Notes: generated by a model not told the origin, from the letters alone. A DNA stretch of 64,000 nt from Eledone cirrhosa (GCA_964016885.1 OZ024754.1:12338001-12402000), one strand, 5' to 3'; shown: positions 1 to 13,960, counted from the first letter of the stretch. Translations and numbers: made by a program.

Positions 1-996
1 CCTTTCTCTCACTTTCTAACTTTGTCTGGAAGAAATCTGCTGTATTCAGACCTGGAGAGGAGATTGGGCTCCATCAGGTTTAAAATTGCCCTAGACATGT
101 CGTATGTCAATATGGTGCCGCTACAACTTCAGCAGGAGTTATGGATCTATACATGTGCAAGACCCGTGAGGTGGAGTGGCTGTTTCAGTGCATCTCCTTC
201 TCCATCCTCTGGGGCAATGTCTTCTCCATTCTGTCAGCCATAACCAAGAGGTGGAAGGCAAGTTAGTTTGAGGTGGAGGATACTCGTTTCAGCATCACTC
301 ATATACACACATGTACACAACCACTTTGTTAAGTTACACACATTAAAACTACCAGACACTCACCAAGAATTACAGGATTGGATTAAAATAAATTCTGTAT
401 GGTCAAATTTTTCTCAAAATAGAAGCTAACTTTGCTTGTATTTCCATTTGTGAAATAAGTGAGTTATGGTGTTAAACTACACTCCTCGACAGCTAAAAGC
501 AATTCCACCTCGAAAATATTTTGGCCAATCTAACAGGATATTAAAAGGAAATGAATTTCAGAGGGCAGGCTACTTGGCTGAAAAGTGTTTCATACAAAAT
601 CTGTTGCTTAGCTGAAGCTGAAGGAGTGTACTCTTTAGTTTTAGAGATAAAGGAAGTCAATAGTAGGAGAGTTGCTGGATACCAGTCTGCAAGAAACCAA
701 TACTTTTATAGAAACACACTCAATAAAATGTTCATATACAGACACACACACAAACAAAAGTAGACACACACAGCTTAATAAAAGTTATGAAATATCTATA
801 TAACGAAGTACAGGCAAATATATACAAACAGACAGAGAGATAAGTATACAGTCGGACTCACACATACACACACACAGAGTCAAACAAGCATGCATACATA
901 AATAGATAGGTAGAAAAATAGATAGATATAAATCGACAGAGATAGCTAGCCTGCTAAATAAAGACATGCATACACAGGAAGATATATATATATATA

Positions 997-2280
997 CCGA
1001 AGCTGCGATAAACTGATTTAGGATCTCTGGCAAACAATCTATTTAGCACTTGTCGTTTATGTGCTGTTGACTTATATTTTAGTCTTTCTGTTGAAGCTGT
1101 GAGTTGTTTAAACTGGTGTAATTTGGAGTTCAAAGTTTTAAATTTTGTATCTCCAAATCGTCTCTCTAACTTTTATTTTAGGTCTTCCTGGTGTCGTGTG
1201 AAGTTGCTCTCTATGTTGCATTTCATAACGACTGCGATGTGTGAGATACTTCGTCTCAGGGACAAAATTTTGCTTTTTAAATTTCGCATCCACGCTGGTT
1301 CAGGCTTTTTGTTTGTATCTTAATTGCGTGGTTTTAGATATGTGTTATATGATAGCAATGTGACAGCTGAAACATATAACAAAATATTAAGCGTTTCAAA
1401 TGTCGTTTCTACACCTTTAGATCGTATAGCCTTCAGATAATTGTTTCTACTTTTGGCACAAGGCCAGCAAATACCCAGTGTATTACTGGTACTTTATTTT
1501 ATCGACCCCGTAAGGATGAAAGGCAAAGTTAACCTCGGCGGGATTTGAACTCAGAATGGCAAGGGCCGTAACTCTATGCGCCAAAGCATGGCGTCAGACC
1601 CTCTACCGATACTGCCAATTCACCGCTCTAGCCTTCAGATAATTGCCAGCTATTTCGTTCACATCTTCCAATTCCAATTTAGTGGGTTCTTTACTGATTC
1701 TGGTGTTGTATGGTCTGTCACTCACATTAAGGCTGTGTATCTCTTGAAACATATCGTCCCATATCACTTGTAAGGTGTCCACAAGTTTTTGGTGTTCTGT
1801 TTGTACAGCAGAGTCATGAATTTCAGCCTCGTTGTTGATGTGGTGACAATTACTGCTAGAGTTAGCTGACCATTCTCGCTGTTCTTCAGTGGAAGTGGGA
1901 TGGATTTCAGCAAAATTGTTGGTGAGCTGTTCACTGTTAGATTTAGCTGGCCATTCTCTTTGTCTGTCAGTGGAGGTGGGGTGGTTGTCTACAAGGGCTG
2001 TATTTGTAGTATCACTCAATTCAGTTAGATGTATCAATCAATTTACATCTAATGATGCGTTTTGCCTGTTCATTTAAATGCTTTGGAGAAAAATCTAATT
2101 CTGGGAGTTTGGAGTTCCATAAAGTTTTTAGCCTTTGCATAAAACCGAACTTTTGGGGTTCAGATTGTTTGTATGCTTCATATAATTCTTTGTTAAGCTC
2201 GTAGCTCCACTGTATACAACGGTTGTAGTTGCGATTTGGTCGAAGGAGACTTGTACGTTTTGCCACGATGAGTTCGTCTA
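997..2280 (-). pseudogene. Degraded R4/Dong-clade non-LTR retrotransposon, N-terminal ORF region, interrupted by a SINE
   Basis: ORF 2021..2266 (IQWSYELNKELYEAYKQSEPQKFGFMQRLKTLW...KHLNEQAKRII) resembles the R4/Dong N-terminal motif. Hand translation beyond the SINE gives PEPAWMRNLKSKILSLRRSIS...FKQLTASTERLKY...VLNRLFARDPKSVYRSF, with stops and a frameshift. No RT or endonuclease region remains. Confidence 0.7.
1444..1628 (-). mobile_element. tRNA-derived SINE (family M, MetaSINE-like central domain) with target-site duplication
   Basis: Reverse complement has an A-box-like head, GAGTTCAAATCCC B-box and TTTGCCTTTCATCCTTACGGGGTCGATAAAATAAAGTACCAG. A 17-bp TSD tagccttcagataattg lies at 1427-1443 and 1629-1645. 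Confidence 0.9.
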
Positions 2281-2467
2281 TTCACTAATATTTTGTATTT
2301 ATTTTTCAAAATAGTCGATGATCTTCTTTAAAAGTTTCGACAAAGTTCTGTCAGAATCAAATTTAAAGTTATTCACAGCTTGGGTAATATTTCTTTTCAG
2401 TTAGTTTTTAATTCTACAACTGTGTTTTAAACGTTGTTCTTGAATCGTTTGAATCAAGAACAAAAAA

Positions 2468-2567
2468 TGTATGTATGTATGTATGTATGTATGTATGTAT
2501 GTATGTATGTATGTATGTATGTATGTATGTATGTATGTATGTATGTGTGTGTGTGTGTATGTATGTA

Positions 2568-2628
<61 letters not shown>

Positions 2629-2705
2629 ATGTATGTATGTGAGTATGTATGTATGTATGAGTATGTATGTATGTATGTATGTATGTATGTATGTATGTAT
2701 GTATG

Positions 2706-2734
<29 letters not shown>
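2468..2734. repeat. (TATG)n/(TG)n compound microsatellite
   Basis: Seen directly. Confidence 0.95.
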
Positions 2735-2736
<2 letters not shown>

Positions 2737-3272
2737 GAATGTAAGCATATGTGTATGTAGAGGCAGACAAAGAAATACACAGATAGAAATCTACTAACTA
2801 TAGCAAGCCAGCTAACTAACTACGTATCCAGATAAGTAGGAAGATGAATAAATGAGTATGTAGTTCATCTGAATGTAGATATTGGTAAACTGTTTAGCAA
2901 TTAAATGTTAAGAAAATCTATCATAAATACAACAGAATAAACAAGAAACAAACCAACCAACAATATAATAAGAAAATGTTAGTAAAGAGTAGATAATAAT
3001 AGTAATAATAATAATAATAAAGAACATAAAGCATGATAAATGAAATAATAATAATAATAATAATGTTCATAATGATAATAATGATGATGATGATGATAAT
3101 AATAATAATAATGGTATTAATAATGATGATGATGGTGATGATGATACGAAGAAGAAGACGAAAGTGATATTAAAATAGGAATTCTGATTATGTTATCCAC
3201 ATATTTTCCGATTCTTAGTGTTTTGACATGAATGACCTTTTATATTGCCAGTTGTTTTGAAAGGAATCAAAT

Positions 3273-3325
<53 letters not shown>

Positions 3326-3331
3326 CATATG

Positions 3332-3389
<58 letters not shown>

Positions 3390-3458
3390 GTGAATATATA
3401 TATATTTGAATATATATATATATATACATGTGTGAATATATATATATATATATGTGTG

Positions 3459-3492
<34 letters not shown>

Positions 3493-3542
3493 CACATATA
3501 TATATATATATTCACACACATATATATATATTCACATATATA

Positions 3543-3710
3543 CCCCACACTGTAAATGTGGTTGGTGTTAGGAAGGGCATCCAGCTGTAGAAAACCCGCC
3601 AGACAGTCCTATGCGAGCAAGACAACCACTCTTGCCTCAAGTGGGAAAACTCCCGTCCAAACCCATGCAAGCGTGGAACATGGACGTTAAACGATGATGA
3701 TGATGATGAT
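3543..3710 (+). mobile_element. Solo 3' end of the RTE LINE, with (GAT)n tail
   Basis: Near-identical to 6441-6611. Confidence 0.9.
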
Positions 3711-3848
3711 ATATATTCATATATATATATGTGAATGATGATGATATATATATTCACATATATATATATTTATATATATATATATTTTCATATATCTATA
3801 TATATATTCATATATATATAGATATACGAATATATATATATATATATA

Positions 3849-3918
<70 letters not shown>

Positions 3919-3932
3919 TATATCTATATATA

Positions 3933-4225
3933 TATTGTTATACTTGGGGAGGGTCATATTTGTGTAATATTGCCAGAATTAATAACAGAACACACTCACT
4001 GTTTGGTTGGTTTTCGCTTCTTTGTCTTTTATATCGGTAATCTAATTTATTCGGTCCTCAATGTTGCCATTGACTGACCAACGGTCAAAAATAATACAGA
4101 TACAATATAGATACAAACACATATATATATTTTATCAAAGTTCTTTCGTTGCACATCTGCAACATCGTCAGTGGTGCTATTGTTTCCTCCCGTTGCATTG
4201 TATTTTCTACGCCATCTTTATTTCA
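3933..4225 (-). mobile_element. Penelope-like terminal-repeat fragment (family H1) with hammerhead motif
   Basis: Homologous to 39436-39671 plus 40543-40568, and to the arms at 17493-17937. Flanked by (TA)n. Confidence 0.65.
4133..4176 (-). ncRNA. Minimal type-I hammerhead ribozyme-like motif
   Basis: Minus strand reads CTGACGA-T-GTTGCA-gatg-TGCAAC-GAAA-GAAC-TT-TGAT. Stem I is weak. Confidence 0.6.
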
Positions 4226-4245
4226 TATATATATATATATATATA

Positions 4246-4313
<68 letters not shown>

Positions 4314-4468
4314 TATGAAGAAGAAGTTTATGAAACAGAAATGCGGGTATAAAGAATTTATTAGGTAACAATTGTTTCTATAGTGTGTGGGTTATCTATA
4401 TATATGAATATATATATATATATATATATATTCATATATATATATATATGAATATATATATATATATA

Positions 4469-4502
<34 letters not shown>

Positions 4503-4540
4503 TATATATATATATATATATTCATATATATATATATATT

Positions 4541-6611
4541 CTCCAGTCTCCCCCATGTCGACCCATTAGAGGGACCAGCAGTGTTAGTCGAGGGGAGTAT
4601 AATAAGTAAGGCAATCAAGGATATGAAGACAGGTAAGGCGGCTGGGCCTTCGGAAATAGTTGCTGAGATGCTGAAGGCATCTGGCACGGTGGGACACACC
4701 ATGGTCACCCGCATAGTTAACCAAGTCGTACAGAATGGGGCTGTTCCGAAGGACTGGCATAGCAGCATCATCGTTAACTGTTATAAGGGTAAAGGAGACG
4801 CCCTAGATAGGAGTAACTATGGAGGCATTAAATTAATCGACCAGGTCATGAAGGTCACAGAAAAAGTAATAGCGCAACTAATCAGAGAGAGAATTGACCT
4901 AGATGAAATGCAGTTCGGGTTTGTGTCAGGCAAAAGTACCACAGACGCTCTTTTCATAGTACGACAACTACAGGAGAAGTACCTAGCTAAAGGTAAACCC
5001 CTCTACTTAGCTTTTGTCGACTTGGAGAAAGCCTTCGACAGAGTCCCCCGCTCCATTATCTGGTGGGCTCTTAGAAAACTAGGCGTTGACGAATGGCTTG
5101 TGAGGGCTATACAAGCCATGTATAAAGAAACAGTCAGCAAGGTTAGAATTAACAACGAATATAGTGAAGAGTTTAGCGTAAAAGTTGGCGTCCATCAGGG
5201 CTCTGTTCTCAGCCCCCTACTATTTATTATTGCCCTTCAGGCTATAACAGAGGAGTTCAAGACAGGCTGCCCATGGGAACTCCTATACGCAGACGACCTG
5301 ACACTCATAGCGGAATCAATGGCCGAGCTAGAGAAGAAATTCCAAACATGGAAGCACGGCCTAGAGTCAAAAGGACTTAAAATTAACCTGGCTAAGACCA
5401 AAGTTCTAGTTTGTAGGAAAGAAAACAAGGCGGCGGTCCCTTCTGGGAAATGGTCGTGCTCGGTGTGTAGGAAAGGCGTAGGTAGAAACTCCATTTTGTG
5501 TCCTAAATGCAAAGTATGGGTGCATAAAAGATGTAGTGGGATCACAGGTAAGCTAACTAAGAACATAGATTTTACATGTGGCCGGTGTTCTGGTGCAATA
5601 AGTAGCAGCAAGTGCCCACACAATACTAGCTCTTTCAATTGCGCAGAGGGTTCTATAGAAATAGTGGACAGCTTCCGTTACCTGGGCGATAAAATCAGCA
5701 GTGGGGGAGGGTGCTCTGAAAGTACTGTAGCTAGAGTCAGAACTGGTTGGAAAAAGTTCAGAGAGCTTATACCACTATTAGCTGCTAAAGGGTTCTCCCT
5801 AAAAATGAAAGGCAGGTTGTACGATGCCTGCATACGAACAGCAATGTTGCATGGCAGTGAGACCTGGGCATTGTGTGCAGAGGATATACGCAGACTAGAG
5901 AGGAACGAAGCTTGCATGCTCCGCTGGATGTGTAACAGTAATATACGTGAACGGCAAAGCATAAACGAACTAAGGAAAAAATTAGAGATAAGAGGGATCA
6001 GATGTTGTTTACTCGAGAGAAGGCTACGTTGGTATGGACACGTGATGCGCATGAAAGTCGATAGCTGTATAACAAAGTGCAGGGCAATAAAGATAGACAG
6101 TAGCCACGGAATAGGCAGACCTAGAAAAACCTGGGACGAGCTGATAAACTCCGACCTCACACACTTACACCTCTCCAAGACAATGTCACTGGACCGAGAC
6201 CTTTGGCGGTACTCAGTAACAGAGAAGACCCGCCTTGCCAGTAGGCATCTCTAACAAAATACACCCCGTCCCACCACCACCACCCCCACCCCATCCACAC
6301 CACCCCGTCCTATGTAAAGTTATGTTGGTGCCGCGCCATCCGGGCCGAAACAAATGAGATCGTGTAGGTGTCACGACAAAAAAACACACAGTCCACGCTG
6401 TAATGTGGCCGTGTAGGCAACACGGTAAAAACCTCCCAGACCCACACTGTAAATGTGGTTGGTGTTAGGAAGGGCATCCAACTGTAGAAAACCTGCCAGA
6501 CAGTCCTATGCGAGCAAGACAATCACTCTTGCCTCAAGTGGGACTACCCCCGTCCAAACCCATGCAAGCGTGGAACACGGACGTTAAACGTTGATGATGA
6601 TGATGATGATG
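4541..6611 (+). mobile_element. 5'-truncated RTE-clade LINE
   Basis: RT ORF, about 350-bp 3' UTR and (GAT)n tail, flanked by (TA)n. Confidence 0.92.
4581..6254 (+). CDS. RTE-clade reverse transcriptase ORF (N-terminally truncated, no APE domain) with an internal PHD finger
   Basis: Motifs [33 protein letters not shown] (5286-5297), [21 protein letters not shown] and GRPRKTW. C4HC3 motif at 5457-5588. Confidence 0.92.
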   Translation: MLVEGSIISKAIKDMKTGKAAGPSEIVAEMLKASGTVGHTMVTRIVNQVVQNGAVPKDWHSSIIVNCYKGKGDALDRSNYGGIKLIDQVMKVTEKVIAQLIRERIDLDEMQFGFVSGKSTTDALFIVRQLQEKYLAKGKPLYLAFVDLEKAFDRVPRSIIWWALRKLGVDEWLVRAIQAMYKETVSKVRINNEYSEEFSVKVGVHQGSVLSPLLFIIALQAITEEFKTGCPWELLYADDLTLIAESMAELEKKFQTWKHGLESKGLKINLAKTKVLVCRKENKAAVPSGKWSCSVCRKGVGRNSILCPKCKVWVHKRCSGITGKLTKNIDFTCGRCSGAISSSKCPHNTSSFNCAEGSIEIVDSFRYLGDKISSGGGCSESTVARVRTGWKKFRELIPLLAAKGFSLKMKGRLYDACIRTAMLHGSETWALCAEDIRRLERNEACMLRWMCNSNIRERQSINELRKKLEIRGIRCCLLERRLRWYGHVMRMKVDSCITKCRAIKIDSSHGIGRPRKTWDELINSDLTHLHLSKTMSLDRDLWRYSVTEKTRLASRHL

Positions 6612-6721
6612 ATATATATATATTCATATTTATATATATATATATATATATATTCATATATATATATATATATATATATATTCATATATATATATATTCA
6701 TATATATATATATATATATAA

Positions 6722-6933
6722 AGGAACGATTGACTTTCGTCAAATCGGACCGAGGAAACAATGTTTCCATTGGTCTTTCCAATTGCTAATACTATCTATC
6801 AGTCGCAACTCCAGGTAGAAGGAGCAACGTGAAAATAAAGTGTCTTGCTCAAGGACATAACGCATCGCCTGGTCCAGGAATCGAACTCACAACCTTACGA
6901 TTGCGAATCCAATTCTCTAGCCACACGCCTTCA
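6722..6933 (-). mobile_element. tRNA-CORE SINE, tail type D (gaaagaccaatggaaacattgtttcc)
   Basis: B-box GTTCGATTCC and CORE-like GTCCTTGAGCAAGACACTT. The tail is shared with 29868-30073 and 59470-59635. Confidence 0.75.
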
Positions 6934-7509
6934 CACACACATATATATATATATATATATTCATATATCTATATATATATTCATATATCTATATATATAT
7001 TCATATATCTATATTATCTATATATATTATCTATATATATATATATTCATATATATATCTATATATATATTCATATATATATATATATTCATTTATACAC
7101 ATAAATTTACATAACTACATCTACATATAAATATAATTATATATGCACACACACACACACACATGCACACACATGCACACACACAGACACACACCCCCAC
7201 ACACACATCTATATATGAAGTAAACTATGAAATGCCACAAAATATATACATACATGTATATGTGTACATATATGTTTGTATATGTGCATGCATATGTGTT
7301 TATATGCAATCTAATGTGTGTTTATGTTTGTGTGAAAGTGTATATTTCTTTGTCTGTCAAATACCAAGTCAAATAACATCTAAATAACATTGAAAATATG
7401 TTATGAAAGAAAATAAGAGTCACACTACAGAATCCATCAGTTCTTTTATTCTTGGCTGCGAATATTAAAAAACAAACAAAAAAAAACATCTCTTTGGATT
7501 TTATATTTC

Positions 7510-9960
7510 CACTTGGACATAACAGATCTAACTGGGTAAATACTACCACACACACACACATACACACACATACATACACATACATATACATACACACACA
7601 TACATACACACACATACATACACACTCTCACACATTGACACATACACACACATACACACACTGACACTTGGACATAACAGATCTAACTGGGTAAATACTA
7701 CCACACACACACATACACACACATACATACACATACATATACATACACACACATACATACACACACATACATACACACTCTCACACATTGACACATACAC
7801 ACACATACACACACTGACACTTGGACATAACAGATCTAACTGGGTAAATACTACCACACACACACATACACACACATACATACACATACATATACATACA
7901 TACACACACATACATACACACACATACATACACACTCTCACACATTGACACATACACACACATACACACACATACACACACTGACACTTGGACATAACAG
8001 ATCTAACTGGGTAAATACTACCACACACACACATACACACACATACATACACATACATATACATACATACACACACATACATACACACACATACATACAC
8101 ACTCTCACACATTGACACATACACACACATACACACACATACACACACTGACACTTGGACATAACAGATCTAACTGGGTAAATACTACCACACACACACA
8201 TACACACACATACATACACATACATATACATACACACACATACATACACACACATACATACACACTCTCACACATTGACACATACACACACATACACACA
8301 CTGACACTTGGACATAACAGATCTAACTGGGTAAATACTACCACACACACACATTGACACATACATACACATACATATACATACACACACATACATACAC
8401 ACACATACATACACACTCTCACACATTGACACATACACACACATACACACACATACACACACTGACACTTGGACATAACAGGTCTAACTGGGTAAATACT
8501 ACCACACACACACATACACACACACACATACACACACATACATACACATACATATACATACACACACATACATACACACACATACATACACACTCTCACA
8601 CATTGACACATACACACACATACACACACATACACACACTGACACTTGGACATAACAGGTCTAACTGGGTAAATACTACCACACACACACATACACACAC
8701 ATACATACACATACATATACATACACACACATACATACACACACATACATACACACTCTCACACATTGACACATACACACACATACACACACTGACACTT
8801 GGACATAACAGATCTAACTGGGTAAATACTACCACACACACACATACACACACATACATACACATACATATACATACACACACATACATACACACACATA
8901 CATACACACACATACATACACACTCTCACACATTGACACATACACACACATACACACACATACACACACTGACACTTGGACATAACAGATCTAACTGGGT
9001 AAATACTACCACACACACACATACACACACATACATACACATACATATACATACATACACACACATACATACACACACATACATACACACTCTCACACAT
9101 TGACACATACACACACATACACACACATACACACACTGACACTTGGACATAACAGATCTAACTGGGTAAATACTACCACACACACACATACACACACATA
9201 CATACACATACATATACATACACACACATACATACACACACATACATACACACTCTCACACATTGACACATACACACACATACACACACATACACACACT
9301 GACACTTGGACATAACAGATCTAACTGGGTAAATACTACCACACACACACATACACACACATACATACACATACATATACATACACACACATACATACAC
9401 ACACATACATACACACTCTCACACATTGACACATACACACACATACACACACTGACACTTGGACATAACAGATCTAACTGGGTAAATACTACCACACACA
9501 CACATACACACACATACATACACATACATATACATACACACACATACATACACACACATACATACACACTCTCACACATTGACACATACACACACATACA
9601 CACACTGACACTTGGACATAACAGATCTAACTGGGTAAATACTACCACACACACACATACACACACATACATACACATACATATACATACACACACATAC
9701 ATACACACACATACATACACACTCTCACACATTGACACATACACACACATACACACACTGACACTTGGACATAACAGATCTAACTGGGTAAATACTACCA
9801 CACACACACATACACACACATACATACACATACATATACATACATACACACACATACACACACACACATACATACACACTCTCACACATTGACACATACA
9901 CACACATACACACACTGACACTTGGACATAACAGATCTGACTGGGTAAATACTACCACAC
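7510..9960. repeat. Minisatellite of 16 units (about 150-180 bp): fixed 40-bp core plus CA-rich spacer
   Basis: Core ctgacacttggacataacagatctaactgggtaaatactacc counted 16 times. Confidence 0.95.
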
Positions 9961-10118
9961 ACACACATTGACACATACATACACATACACATACATACAT
10001 ACACGCACGTACATACACACTCTCACACATTGGCACATACATATATATATATATATATATATTGACACATACATACACATACATACACACACATACATAC
10101 ACACTCTCACACATTGGC

Positions 10119-10166
<48 letters not shown>

Positions 10167-10980
10167 ACACATACATACACATACATACACACACATACAT
10201 ACACACTCTCACACATTGACACACATACATATACACACATTGGCACATACATACATACATACATACACACATACACATTGACACATACACATATATACAC
10301 ATTGGCACATACAGACACTGACATACACACACATACATACACACTCATACATACTGACACACACATATTGACACATACATACATATATATATACACATTA
10401 ACACATACACACTCATACATACTTACACATACACATTGACACACACATATATACACATTGGCACATATACACACATACATACACACATTGATGCATACAC
10501 ACATACACATTGACACATACTCACACACACATATACACACTGACACACACACACATACACATTGACACACACACACATACACACACTGACACACACACAC
10601 ATTGACACATACACACATACAGACACACATTGACACATACACACACATACATACACACTCATACACACTGATATACACACATTGACACATACACACATAC
10701 ATACACACTCATACACAGACTGACACACACACATTGACACATACACACACATTGACACATACACACACATACATACCCCCCCACCCACACACTGACCCCC
10801 CACACACTGACCCCCCACACACACTGACACATACATGCACATATACACATACCCACACTGACATACACACACTGACACACACATACACATACACACACTG
10901 ACACACACACATACAGATACATACACACACTGATACATACACACATACACACACTGACACACACACACACACACACATAT
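9960..10980. repeat. Degenerate (CA/TA)n low-complexity tract
   Basis: Seen directly. Confidence 0.9.
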
Positions 10981-11049
10981 GTGCCAATGGGTATCTTGGA
11001 GTGAATATCTGGAAATTTAAGTTTGATTATTATTATATTCATATCAGCC

Positions 11050-11800
11050 CCTACATTCTGAGTTCAAATCCCATCAAGGCTAGCTTGGCTTTGTTTCCTT
11101 AAGGGGTCGATAAGTTAAAATACCAGTAATGCACTAGGGTCAATTTAATCGACTTTCCTCTCTCCCCAAATTGCTGGCCTTGTACCTATAGTAGAAATCC
11201 TTATATTCATACGAACCTTTATGTTCTGAGTTCAAATCCTGCTGAGGTTAGCTTTGCCTTTCATCCTTAAGGGGTCGATAAAATAAAGTACCAGTAATGC
11301 ACTAGGGTCAATTTAATCTACACCCCCTCCTCCCCCCAAAAAATTGTTGGCCTTGTACCTAAATCAGAAACCATTGTATGTATATGTCCCTTTTAGTTCA
11401 GAGTTTTTAAATCTCACGAAGGTTAGCTTTGCCTTTCATCCTTAAGGGGTCAAGAAAGTACCAGTAATGGATTGGGGTGAATTTCATCGACTTTCCTCTC
11501 CCTCGAAATTGTTCACTTTGTGCCTAAATCAGAACCCATTATTGTACAACTGGTTGCTCTTTCTGATGCTATCGGTTGGTAGAGCATCAGACAATATACT
11601 TGGTGGCATATAGTTACGGCCCTTTACATTCTGAGTTCAAATCCTGCTGAGGTTAGCTTTGCATTTCAATACTTACAGGTGGGGTGGGAGGGGTTGATAA
11701 AACAAAATACCAGTAATTGACTGGGGTCAATTTAATCAACTTCCCTCCACCCTACCCCCACCAAAATTGTTGGCCCTGTGTCTAACCCAGAAACCATTAT
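11050..11800 (+). mobile_element. Cluster of about four degenerate family-M SINE copies
   Basis: Repeated ttctgagttcaaatcc...tttgcctttcatcc...taccagtaatgcact...agaaacc blocks. Confidence 0.75.
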
Positions 11801-12359
11801 ATGTGTTAGATTGACTGGGATTCCAAGTTTCTGTCTTGGTGGTTAATTTATCCAGAAAACAGCATAGAAAATATTTGGATATTTATAGGTGAGGAAAATT
11901 TCATAAAAATTCATAAAGGGGTTAATAAGGGATAAGTTTCTTCTTCTTCGTCTTTCTTTCTTTCTTCCTTCCTTTTCCTCTTTTTTCTACTTTCTACTCT
12001 TACCCTTTTCTTCCCCCAACAAAAATAAAATTGAAAAAAAAAAAAAAAAAAGAAAAAAGTAACAAACAAATAAAAAAAAAAAAATTAACCAATGAAGCTG
12101 GTTAAAATATTTCTTAGGGAATTAAAATTCCCACCCAGAACATTCTGAAGCAACCCCAACCCCACAGACTCCACAGCCTGGCAAACTAATTTAAATTCAT
12201 CTTTTTTTGCGTCATTTCTTTCTTAATCCATGTATTTATTATTTATTTTCTTCTCACCTACTTATAAACATAATCTTGAAAATTATAATAATCAGCTGTA
12301 TTTCAATAGTTTATTAATTACCTTCATATATAACACATGCACAACAACAACAACTAGCA

Positions 12360-13290
12360 TCATCATCATCATCATCGTCGGCACCACTGCCACCATCACC
12401 ACCATCATCATCATTTTTATATCTGTTTTTCTATGCTTGTATGGATAGATGGGTCCTTTCCAGCCCAGCATATCTCCACTTGCATGGGTTGGACGGGTCC
12501 TTTCCAACACAGCATCATTCCATTTGTCTCTGGGTTTGACAGGTCCTTTCTAGTCCAACATCTCTCCCCTTGCATGGGTTGGACGGGTCCTTTCTAGTCC
12601 AACATCTCTCCACTTGCATGGGTTGGACGGGTCCTTTCCAGCCCAGCATCTCTCCACTTGCATGGGTTGGACGGGTCCTTTCCAGTCCAACATCTCTCCA
12701 CTTGCATGGGTTGGACGGGTCCTTTCCAGCCCAACATCTCTCCACTCGCATGGGTTGGACGGGTCCTTTCCAGCCCAACATCTCTCCACTCGCATGGGTT
12801 GGACGGGTCCTTTCCAGTCCAACATCTCTCCACTTGCATGGGTTGGACGGGTCCTTTCCAGTCCAACATCTCTCCACTTGCATGGGTTGGACGGGTCCTT
12901 TCCAGCCCAACATCTCTCCACTCGCATGGGTTGGACGGGTCCTTTCCAGCCCAACATCTCTCCACTCGCATGGGTTGGACGGGTCCTTTCCAGTCCAACA
13001 TCTCTCCACTTGCATGGGTTGGACGGGTTCTTTCCAGTCCAACATCTCTCCACTTGCATGGGTTGGACAGGTCTTTTCCAGCACAGAAACTCTCCACTTG
13101 CATGGGTTGGACAGGTCTTTTCCATCACAGAAACTCTCCACTCGTCATGTTCCTTCGTCATCTCTTCTGTGTCTCTCAGCAATTTGAGATCAGCTCTCAC
13201 CAACTCTGCCCAGGTCTTTCTTGGTCTACCTCTACTGCAGCTTCCTACCACTGGGATTTCCTGGCACTTCTTCACCCAGGGATCATTATA
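12360..13290 (-). mobile_element. Old RTE LINE 3' fragment with an amplified terminal segment
   Basis: Minus-strand translation DPWVKKCQEIPVVGSCSRGRPRKTWAELVRADL...EWRVSVMEKT, followed by a (GAT)n-like tail near 12360-12415. Confidence 0.8.
12460..13145. repeat. 44-bp minisatellite, about 15 copies
   Basis: Unit ccacttgcatgggttggacgggtcctttccag(c/t)ccaacatctct, with period 44 (12610, 12654, 12698 and so on). Confidence 0.95.
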
Positions 13291-13457
13291 TATGTGCATC
13301 AAATGTCTGTACCAGTACACTTTATTAATTTTTTTTCTTAGGTAAAAATATCTCAATAATTTTTAGGCTGCTCACTAGGCAACATTCAAAGTCGCAGTCA
13401 GTCCAAGATGTACAATTGTGTGTGTGTATGCACATATTTATGTGTGTGTGTGTGTTT

Positions 13458-13735
13458 CATCATTATCGTCCATCTTCCATGCAAGTATGGGTTGGACGGT
13501 TTTGTCCCACTTGAGGCAAGATTGGTCAGGAGACCGTGTCTCGCTCGTACTGAACTGTCTTTGGCAAGTTTTCTACGGCTGGATGCCCTTCCTAACACCA
13601 ACCAAGTGTGGACTGGGAGCCTCTTTACCATATCACCTACATGACTTCTTTATAGTGTGGACTGGCTGCTTTTTGTCATGACTCCTACATGGCCACTTTA
13701 CAGTGTGGACTGGGTGCTTTTTGCCATGGATATTG
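13458..13735 (-). mobile_element. RTE 3' UTR copy (diverged)
   Basis: Contains ggctggatgcccttcctaacaccaacc and the terminal stem shared with 6441-6611. Confidence 0.75.
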
Positions 13736-13769
13736 CCAATCCTGCTCCCTTTGATAATAATAAGGATAA

Positions 13770-13960
13770 TGGTTTATGATTTAGGCCCAAAATTAACAAT
13801 TTTGGGGAGAGGAAAATCGATTAAATCAACCCCAGTGCATTACTGGTACTTTATTTTATCAATCTCATAAGGATGAAAGGCAAAGTTAACCTCAGCGAGA
13901 TTTGATTTCAGAACGTAAAGCATGCTGTCCAATACTTTATCAATACTGCCAATCTACTAC
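13770..13960 (-). mobile_element. Degenerate family-M SINE
   Basis: Contains ctggtacttttattttatc...aggatgaaaggcaaagttaacctc. Confidence 0.7.

Larger units (their letters stand above)
3275..4540. repeat. (TA)n-rich microsatellite zone hosting several insertions
   Basis: Interrupted (TA)n tracts, seen directly. Confidence 0.9.

Noticed and set aside
5237-6178. Antisense ORFs over the RT gene (also 22042-22887)
   Set aside because: Shadow ORFs with no recognisable motifs.
7510-9960. CRISPR-like repeat-spacer appearance
   Set aside because: The spacers are near-identical CA microsatellites over 100 bp long, there are no cas genes, and the context is eukaryotic.
12085-12230. Possible regulatory motifs (CCAAT, HSE-like agaacattct, gggaatt..aattccc); also a TATA-like site near 37805
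   Set aside because: Short motifs with no adjacent gene or conservation evidence.
12515-13345. Six overlapping ORFs of 170-270 aa
   Set aside because: Artefact of a stop-free 44-bp repeat. Only the RTE C-terminal piece is homologous to a protein.
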